Source: Veleropilina oligotropha (Eukaryota). Taken from it: 64,000 bases of DNA. The position numbers and the translations under genes are program-made. Location of the stretch: NCBI GenBank assembly GCA_048128005.1, contig JBEUKZ010000049.1:124001-188000 (forward strand), read 5' to 3'. How positions within the stretch are numbered: position 1 is the stretch's first letter; each line of letters starts with the position of its first letter. Under the pieces are notes generated by a model. The model ran no database searches and was not told where the DNA came from. It worked only from the letters and a program-made list of their open reading frames with translations. Shown here piece by piece: positions 54,394-64,000 of the stretch.

Positions 54394-54713
54394 TGTGGCT
54401 CAGTGGGTTGTTCACAGGACTCTGGTCACAGAGTCTCGAGTTCGCCCCCAAAGCTCGGCGATTTCACTTGGGCAAGGAAATAAGCATATATTTGCCTCGG
54501 TCCACCCAGCCGAACTGAATGGGTACCTGGTTGGCAGTTATGTAAGTCACGGCGCTACCCGCGTGTAAATGACTGTAATGCTCCCATAGGGAGTTGAGAT
54601 GGTACATCGAGTGTAACAGGCCCATAACCAGGGGTAATAATGTTCAGCGCATTGAGACACTAGCGTAATAATGCGCTATATAAGACCGGAGTATTATTAT
54701 TATTATTATTATA
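54394..54713 (+). mobile_element. Deu/Nin-like SINE, copy 3
   Basis: Highly similar to 11182-11502, including the (TAT)n tail. Confidence 0.82.
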
Positions 54714-56202
54714 ATGAATCGGAGAGTGAATGCGGCTCTCATTGGGTTGGCCTCCACGTCGGCGAGAGCTGGAAACGAATTTTATCCTCATGGATAATTT
54801 TCGGCTAACAACCCAAATAAGGATTGAACTGCATTTTGTTTTCATGTTATGCTCTCTATAGAAGATGTAATTGCTAGTTACATTCATACCAGCATAAATG
54901 CAAATATAATGGAGTACAATCTTTATATTTACATTAGTATTTAAAAATATTGATTTTACTTCAGTCCTGTAAAGTGTGATTTAACTCCAATCAATCTAAC
55001 TTTTTTAACTCCGCTGTGACATATTCAGCAGAGTTTTTGTTATACCGCTTTGTCCGAGGTACGTCCGGCCGGCCGTCATCCGTCCATCATTTGTCCGGCG
55101 TCAACTTTTGACATGAAATGTGAATATCTCCAAAAGTGTCTTTTCTACTTGGGCATGAGCCTTCCCTATGATGTTCTGAATATATCTTGAGAGTATTAGA
55201 AAATTCTACATCACTGTTTTTCTGAAAGTTACATTTTTGAACTTAGAAAATCCACTTGCGTGACAAGTTTTGACTTCAAATATGAATAACTCTGAAACTG
55301 TCTCATAACTTATTTTCTACTTTGGCATTAGCCATCCTTATAATTTTCTTAGCATATTCTGAAATTATTAGAAAATTCTATATCAAAGTTTTTCTGAAGT
55401 TTACCTTTTTCGACTTAGAAAATCAACTTCTGCGACAAAGTTTTGACTTAAAATGTGAATAACTCTGAAACTGTCCGATAACTTATTTTGCTAATTGGCA
55501 TGAGCCTTCCATACGATGTGCTTAACCTTGCCTGTGAATATTAGGTACGTCCGAGGTTTGCTGAAATTCGGAATTTGAACTTTATCAAGACAGCTAGCCT
55601 GCATATCGGTATGCTATTTCATGAGGAAGTGGTGCTCATATTTATAGTTGTTTGCCTATATTGATGAATCCTTTCTAGAGGAGCTAGATAGGTCGAAAGG
55701 CGTCTTGTTCCATCAAGGTTTGCTATAGTTACAAGATTATCATATCCAGAAATTAAATATATGATACATTGGTATTAAATGTCTAAAATGTCATTATAGC
55801 ATATATATCAGCATAAACACAAACAAAATGCAGTTCAATCGTTATATTTATATTAGCATTTAACCAGAATCCCGAAGAAAAAAAACATATTTAGTTTTGT
55901 TATGATGTAGTAATTATTGTAGATCTCCAGGCAACGTCCAATTAATGGAACAGCCTATATTTTATAACAATTATATTATAACAAGAAACATTTGTGCATT
56001 TATATTTCGCATAAAGTCGTCATTTCATCATAGGTCAAGGAGATGTCGTACATTGTTTTCTACTTCTAGCGATGAAAAACGGGGAGCTACTGTTACTTTT
56101 CGTATTGGGCATGAACATGTTATTGCCGTTTTCAGGAAGTGTGTGGACCGGAACAGTGGTGACTGGTACGACAGCATTCAACAGAGAAGGATGTGTTTAC
56201 GG

Positions 56203-56460
56203 AGGAGGAATTATGCTTAATGTCCTGTATATTTACAACATCGAGGTTCAAGGCAGGACATGTCCGTGTTATCGCGGGAGGAAACCCCGGTCGCCCGGGT
56301 AAACCCGCCCTCTTCGGCCAGTCACGGACAACTGTGCTTCATAACTTGAACAAATGTGTGCTGCCTCAGCCGGGGGTCGATCCCACTACTGTTCACGTCA
56401 GCGGAAACAAGCCAGTGAATTTAGAGTGGACACTCTACCCACTGCGCTACCGAAGCGGCC
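56203..56460 (-). mobile_element. tRNA-derived SINE (a different family)
   Basis: 14-bp TSD ggatgtgtttacgg at 56189-56202 and 56461-56474. The head is ggtagcgcagtgggtagag...gggatcgaccccc. Confidence 0.85.
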
Positions 56461-58421
56461 GGATGTGTTTACGGTGTCTTCTGCTGAAGTGGTATGTTGC
56501 ACATGGTAGATCTGGGATTCAACACGCTACAGAGGACAGAGTGTCTGAAAACGATTTTGTCTGGATGTTGACCACGACCGGTATGTAGATTTTGTATTGA
56601 ACATTAAATAAATATCATAAATGAGTCGTTCGTGTAACGGATAAATTATTAGCTAATTGCTGTCATTTAAAAGTGCAATTACTGATATATTTACCGATTG
56701 TATTTTGATAAATACTGTTTACACGGATGATATAAACAACATTTTAATATTTGGAAGCAGTGGAACTATAGGACTAATTGTTTTTATTTAGATAATACAA
56801 AATATACCTTGAAAAATTCCATATTGCATGTCGTTCTCAGAAGGCATTTTGCAGATGGCAGAATTCTAACAGGGCGTTTATGGCTTAGGCCAAATAGTAG
56901 TTTGTCTAAACCACTTTATACAGGTAGTTGTACCTCATTTTTGTGTGGACACTTTCCAATTCATGAATAATATATCATAAATATATTATATATATATATA
57001 ATATTGCTAGTAATGTGTTGTAAATATTGTTAGAAATAAATGTATAATTGTACCTCCGGACAATAATAGTCAGGGTAGTATGGCCAAGAGTCATCGTCCA
57101 GCTGTGTCTGTCACTGCAGATGTTTTTTGTGATTCATGATGGTTGCTGTGGCAGTCATTTTGTTTGAAGAGATTTATCGTGTGCTCTACAGTGAAAAGTT
57201 TTTATCCAATTTGATTCAAATTCGGTATGCACATTAATTAATGTGATGACATTTAATGATTTTCGTTGATATCAGATGCAAGATGGCTGCCATGGTGGTC
57301 ATTTTGTATAAAGATATTTCTTTTGCAAGCTTTACAGTGAAAAGTTGTAATGTGATGTGATTCAAATGCACATTATAAGGCTGTATTAAATTGATTCCTT
57401 ATTTCTTGTCCCATGATTCTGGTAAACCAAGGCGGTAAAGCGATCAACACAACACAACAGCCATTTTTCACACAACCTTTTGTGTATCTTTACAATGAAT
57501 ACTGGCCTTATATTTCCTATTTCTTTAAGGCAGATGAATGATTAACTTCTGTTTAGTGACCACGTCAACAAATTTCAGCAATAAAACATTGTCCATCATC
57601 TTTGAATGGTTATAGTAATGAAGATGCCAGAGATTGTTACTTTTAACTTGCAAATATAAGTCATTTGTTTTATTAAAAGTTACAAGTGTCATTTTGATTT
57701 ATTAAGCTGGCACAGAGAGATGTTGATTAAATTACAATTAAAATTTATTTACAAACAGTAGTGACTACAAGGAGGCATTCAACAAAGAACAGTGGTAACA
57801 GGTGAACACAGAACATATATTAAACTAAGAGTATAATCAAAGTGCTGAAGCATTGAGAAGTCGGAAAGCAAAAGAGGATTGATTTCACAACACGAACATA
57901 CTTTTTGTCAAAGTTTCAATCTTTCAAAGTAGTAATATTTTGAATAACATACATAAGAACATGGTGGGAATTAAAAACAATTGAACATTGGACCTATATG
58001 ACAAATCTTGTTGCCCGACTCCAATTTTCTCGTCCGAATTTACAGAAAACGAAAGTGCTCAAGTGGTTTTAGATAATGCAACTTAATGCCTTTTACTAGC
58101 AGTTATCCTTCGGTTTTTTCCATAAATTACATACGCCTTTTCATGTTATTAATTGCGATAATCTTGAAGGAAACTTTTCTGACAATATACACAACATGGG
58201 ATCAGTAATAGTACATATGATGACTGGCCAGCCATCACATTTTATCCACACCGACCATTGACTGTTATCTATTAAATATCAATTTATATCACTTCAACCA
58301 GTTGTAGCAGGATTCATGATCCTTTCATTTTCTTATTTTAAATATAATGGATATTTTATTTTAGATCTTTCTTTCGTTAATTAAGATGTAATTGACATAT
58401 TTAAATTATAAGAAATAAATG

Positions 58422-60060
58422 AAACAAGTGTTTGCTACTAACGTAGCAAGAGTCCTCCGCCACTAAATATGGGACTGTTATATCATCCAATGCATATATG
58501 GGTTTGTGTATTTGGTCGTAAATGCCTGAAATGGTGGTATTGAGATTTTTGACTTGGAATCTTCAGAGTACCTGATGAATGCATCTATCTACCAAATATA
58601 AATGAAATCAGTTCATTCAGTCTTGAGATATTGCACTAAAAAGATCTGAATGAGCGAAAAAGGAAAGTGCACTCGGCGACCTTGAAAATGAAGTCAAGAA
58701 ATGAAGTCAAGGTCAACATAATCAACTGGTGTCGGCTGTATATATCCTTCAATGCATCTAACTACCAAATATAAATGATGCCAAAATATAGCACTAACAA
58801 CAACTGAATGAGCGAAATAGTAAGCGTATCATGTAACCTTGATAATGAGGTGAAGGTCACCATAATCGACTGGGGTCGGCAGTATCCCCCAATACATCTA
58901 TGCACCTAATATAAATGTAATTGGCTGATTATATCTTGAGATATCACGCTAACACCAATTGAATGAGCGAAATAGTCAAGTGCACCCTGTGACCTTAAGA
59001 TGAGTTCAAGGTCACCATAACTGACTGGTGTGGGCAGTATCTCCAAAGGAATCAATCGATCAAATATAAATGAAATCGGTTAATTTTGTCTTGAGATCGC
59101 GAAAGAGCAAACTGTACCCTGTGACCTTGAAAATGAGGTCAAAGTCACTATAATAGGCTGGTGTCGGCAGTATCCCAAAAGGTATCAATCCACCAAATAT
59201 AAATGAAATCGGTTCATTCCGTCTTGAGATATCGCGAAAGAGTAAACTGTACCCTGTGACCTTGAAAATGAGGTCAAGGTCACCATAATCGACTGGTGTC
59301 GGCGGCATCCCCAAAGGTATCTATCAACCAAATATAAATGAAATCGGTGCATTCACTCTTGAGATATCACGCTAACAACTGAATGAGCGAAAGAGTACAC
59401 TGCATCCTGCGACCTTGAAAATGAAGTCAAGGTCACCGTAATCGACTGGTGTCGGCGATATCCCCCAAGGTATCTATCTACCAAATGTAAATGAAATCGG
59501 TTCTTTCTGTCGTGAGATATCGCGCTAACAACAATTGAATGAGCAAAAGAGTAAACTGTACCCTGTGACCTTGAAAATGAAGTCAAGGTCACCGTAATCG
59601 ACTGGTGTCGGCGATATCCCCCAAGGTATCTATCTACCAAATATAAATGAAATCGGTTTTTCTGTCGTGAGATATCGCGCTAACAACAATTGAATGAGCA
59701 AAAGAGTAAACTGTACCCTGTGACCTTGAAAATGAAGTCAAGGTCACCGTAATCGACTGGTGTCGGCGATATCCCCCAAGGTATCTATCTACCAAATATA
59801 AATGAAATCGGTTCTTTCTGTCGTGAGATATTGCGCTAACAACAATTGAATGAGCAAAAAGAGTAAAAAACTGTACCCTGTGACCTTGAAAATGAAGTCA
59901 AGGTCACCATAATCAACTGGTGTCGGCGGATTCCCCAAAGGTAACTATCCACCAAATATAAATGAAATCGGTTCATTCAGTCTTGAGTTATTGCGCTAAC
60001 AAGGTCGTACGGACGGAGGCGAATACTAGTCCCCCGCTCCGCTAAAGCGGGGGACTAATA
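58422..60060 (-). mobile_element. Helentron-associated/pearl-like element with an internal ~155-bp tandem array (~9 units)
   Basis: Terminal hairpin tagtcccccgct..agcgggggacta, a (GACG) tract, unit starts at 59432, 59588 and 59743, and an opposite-end hairpin ttgctac..gtagcaa with sub-TIR agtcctccgc. Confidence 0.8.
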
Positions 60061-60469
60061 ATGGTTGTGTTTTTCAATATTACACATTGTCAACAAGAAA
60101 TATATTCCTTGTTTAGTGGTAGGCCCTTTGAACTCAATAATGAAAAGAGATAAGGTAAGAAATAAATGTGGGACAATCAGGAATAGTTGGTTTCGTGATG
60201 TAGGTGTTAATTGGTACAGGCGATGCTAGTACAATAGGGATTAAGCTTTAGCCTGACACAGATAAGTTGGGTTTTCTAGTGGTAAAATGTATGTTTCAGG
60301 AGTTTAATCTCTACCCTGAGGGAGAAAAGGGATTATAGTCTATATCACAAGTCATCATACCTGTATAAAAATCAAATTATTTATTGTAGCACATCTTTCA
60401 TATAATAAATATTCTCTATATGTTCACTGGAAAATATACATATAAATAGCACAGAAAGTTTTATAGATG

Positions 60470-60965
60470 CAACATGAATGTTGCAGCATCATCATTCTGA
60501 AATGTTGTCAATTCACCAATCTGTAGATGTCCCTTCAAGACCCCAAGTCGCTGATCTAGTTTTCGGTACTTTCTTCATTTCACAGGTCGAGTACCACCAG
60601 CCCGATACGGGATCGGCTTGATGCTGTTGGTGGCGTCAATCTGCTGCATAGTCTTAATGATTTTGAAGATGTTTCAATGAGCATGCTGAACCGACTTCTT
60701 CAGTTTGCTGTGCCAGCCTTCAAGATGGTTTGTTGTCCTTGGACCGTCTGTTGAGAAACGGTTCCATATACGTTTGTCGGCCTCAACCCACTGTTCTGTA
60801 ACATAGTCCATAAATGTGATGACATTGACAGGCAAGTCCACATCTTCCAGTGTTGTCAGAGCCTGGAACCACACATCTTCAACCTCTGTCACAAGAACTT
60901 ACTAAGTGGCAGAACAGCAGCTCTCCTGACAAGTCTATGACCATCTTCATTCTCACGATATGGAA
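60470..60965 (-). pseudogene. MULE (Mutator-like) transposase C-terminal fragment
   Basis: FMDYVTEQWV....WN.....PRTTNHLEGWHSKLK.....H*NIF..I. Confidence 0.8.
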
Positions 60966-60989
60966 TAGCCAGTCCACTAGCCTGTGCCT

Positions 60990-61690
60990 TCCTCCAAATA
61001 CACTGTGCAAAGTGAAAGAAACACCCTTTAACCTCCACTCCAGGAAACACGTTTCGCAGCAACCTTTGGTGCTTCTTGAAAGTCTAAGAACTAATACGTT
61101 CACCTTAGAGTTACTAACATTTTCCAATGTACCGTTCAAGTTAGCACCATTTTCTTCAGTGCTATTTGGTGAATGGTAAACAATACCTACAATTTTTCTT
61201 TACTGGTCATAATTTCACACCAAACTGAATTTTGAAAAGAGAGTATTTTTAAATCATCTCGAGAAACAGAATTTAATTCATCTTTGATGTATATTAATAC
61301 CCCTCCTCCTCTGCTATTTAACGTATCTGTTCAACTTCTATCCTTTCTATATAATTTGTAACTCAATATATTTAATTCAGCATCCTTTATATTACTATTT
61401 GTCCATGACTCTGTAACTCCCAGCACATCTGGATTGTGTACATCGATTAGTGTTTCTAGTTCCCGTAGCTTATTCATCACATTTTGTGCATTTGTAAACA
61501 TAACTTTTAGCACTTTTTCGTCATTTTAACTTGTCTAGATTTTGAAGGGCCTATCTGCTTTCCAATGACTTTTGTGGGTTTTCTTTGCTTCATATTGCAT
61601 TATTTAGATCGCTTTTTTCTGACTGTTCTGTTCTCTGCTTTGTTGATCCCACTTCGCCTTTAACAGTTTAAATATTCCTCTATCGCAAGT
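60990..61690 (-). pseudogene. CR1-group LINE fragment (endonuclease start plus RT remnant)
   Basis: FTNAQNVMNK...PDVLGVTESW...LYRKDR, GGGVLIYIK, SVWCEI and VGIVYHSP. Confidence 0.75.
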
Positions 61691-61698
61691 GATTGAAC

Positions 61699-61881
61699 TG
61701 TGGTACGAGTTAACGTTTTTCCTAGTACGGGTTTGTAGGCTGTGATACGAGTTCTCGTTTGTCGTGGTACGAGTTCGTTTGTCGTGGTACGAGTTCTCGT
61801 TTGCCGTGGTACGAGTTCGTAGTCTGTGGTACGAGTTGCCCCTGGTACGAGTTCGTCTTGGTACGAGTTAACGTACATTCC
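61699..61881. repeat. Short tandem tggtacgagtt units, probably the subterminal array of the MULE
   Basis: About nine copies at 15-21-bp spacing. Confidence 0.7.
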
Positions 61882-62290
61882 TATGAACGTACCATTTAAA
61901 CTATATAATGAACAAGTTACTGATCCACGTACAGATAATGCAGTAGGCCTGTTATATCATCGACCCTGGATGGCGCCGACGGTCGCAGATGCTAAATATA
62001 GCTCTGCGCAAAAAAGACCCAACAAGTCGGTGCTTTTATAAAGACCCAATAATATTATTGAGTAGGACCCAATATGGCAATAAGTCGGTCTGATAATAGT
62101 TCTTCAATAGCATAAAAGATAAAGTCAAATTCACTATTTTTTAAATATAGTTAGTATCTAGACGTTTTTTAAGTATAAATAGTACTGGAGAGCATTTTCA
62201 TATCACTCGCGTGTTAATATCACCGTCTATTCTGGTACGACCCAATAAGTCGGTATTAAATGATAGACCCAATAAGTCGGTGTTTATAAG
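61881..62290 (-). mobile_element. Internal duplicate of the right terminus (GACCCAATAA motifs)
   Basis: Direct repeat of 63024-63408, ending gtcggtgtttataag|ta. Confidence 0.8.
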
Positions 62291-63023
62291 TAGGCCTATA
62301 TGTAATCTGCGTGGTCGTCACTAGGTGACACCTTTAGCATATTACGTCGCCAACTGTTGTAAACGTTTCATTTAAAGAATTGACTTCAAAATAATTTGAG
62401 CTGATTCGTATTCAAAATAATTAGGACCCAAATAATTACTTCTCACAAAGAAACAAGTTACTTAACACCTCTTCAATTTAGAAACTACAAAATTTGATAC
62501 TCTTCACTGTAAGAACATTCTGATCTCGTTCTAATCCAACAAAATATTTTAATGTTTGCGTTACCAAATGTAGATTATCGCAGATTACAGTCTCTCGACG
62601 TGCTTATTTAAATTTGGTGCTTGTGACATCGTCCACCCTTGCAATTATTACAAGAAACATCCGACATATCAGTTTTGTTCACGGTCCCGTGAGTTTGCCA
62701 AGGTGATTATCGGTCACGTGTTACTAAATATTCATGAGTCTGTGTGGTGGGACAGGCGCGAAGCGAACACCCGTGCACACACCAAAGAACCTTTGCACAG
62801 CGTGCAGTAAATTATTTAATACCGTTATACGGTAAAATGACCTACTTAATTATCCCCTCCCGGAAGAGCTATGCAATCCAACACAACAAATAATGAATTA
62901 TATATAACGGCGGTAGTCTGCTCTTTAATAATAGCTTGCTGCCATTAAAATAGTTGCATTTTATGCCCTATAGGCCTAAGTGATATTATTGTCTCGGATC
63001 ATTTATTGAAGAAATTTACGGTA

Positions 63024-63408
63024 CTATGAACGTACCATTTAAACTGTATAATGAACAAGTTACTGATCCTACGTACAGATAATGCAGTAGGCCTATTGCA
63101 TGTTGGACCCTGGATGACGCCGACGGTCGCAGATGCTAAATATAACTCTGCGCGGAAAAGACCCAACAAGTCGGTGCTTTTATAAAGACCCAATAATATT
63201 ATTGAGTAGGACCCAATAAGTCGGTCTGAGAACAGTTTTCCAATAGCGTAAAAGATAAAGCCAAATACACTGTTTTTTAAGTATAGTTAGTATCTAGACG
63301 TGCTGGAGCGCATTTTCATATCACTCGCGTTTTAATATCACCGTCTATTCTGGTACGACCCAATAAGTCGGTATTAAATGATAGACCCAATAAGTCGGTG
63401 TTTATAAG
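63024..63408 (-). mobile_element. Right terminus of a TIR-type element, abutting (TA)n
   Basis: Five gaccca(a/c)aa-type motifs; the terminal 26 bp are inverted relative to 13698-13723. Confidence 0.75.
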
Positions 63409-63930
<522 letters not shown>

Positions 63931-64000
63931 TTATTATTATTATTATTATTTAATACATTTATAATGCGCCTATTCTAGTGTAGCTCTAAGCGCAGTACAA
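63931..64000 (-). mobile_element. 3' end of an L2-like LINE/SINE with an (AAT)n tail, running off the window
   Basis: (TTA)n followed by atttataatgcgcc...ctctaagcgc, resembling the reverse of the L2-type 3' stem-loop. Confidence 0.5.

Noticed and set aside
58590..60000. Regularly spaced palindromic repeats resembling a CRISPR array (also 23596-23655 and 61699-61881)
   Set aside because: The intervening sequences are repeated rather than unique spacers, there are no cas genes, and the context is eukaryotic.
17195..60060. Inverted satellite-bearing elements placed roughly symmetrically ~3.5 kb inside each putative giant-element end
   Set aside because: The copies are strongly diverged and the flanks are not inverted repeats, so they are better explained as independent insertions of a common family.
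61881..63408. LTR pair of a small LTR element (TRIM)
   Set aside because: There are no TG...CA ends, PBS/PPT or TSD, and the repeats instead match the inverted terminus at 13.7 kb.

Overview
AT-rich, repeat-dense eukaryotic (invertebrate animal, repeat repertoire resembling a mollusc) genomic DNA with no prokaryotic operons. From left to right: a decayed Ty3/Gypsy pol fragment; an older I-group (Nimb-like) LINE split by a full-length relative (3231-9200, 14-bp TSD) whose first 76 nt fold as a complete HDV-like self-cleaving ribozyme; tRNA-derived SINEs; long (TA)n arrays; a CR1/L2-group LINE with an esterase plus zinc-knuckle ORF1; a Kolobok-like DNA transposon (29162-34223) with nested foldback, Harbinger and Helentron-type insertions; many MITEs and Helentron-associated elements including a ~155-bp satellite array; and one spliced, apparently intact small PR-Set7/SETD8-like SET-domain gene. 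The most striking large-scale structure is a pair of inverted termini (25/26 identity, each with five GACCCAATAA-type subterminal motifs) at ~13.7 kb and ~63.4 kb. Each directly abuts a (TA)n array, which suggests a ~49.7-kb microsatellite-targeted element carrying the SET gene as cargo. No mobilising enzyme for it was identified. Family assignments rest on motif recognition only; no database searches were run.
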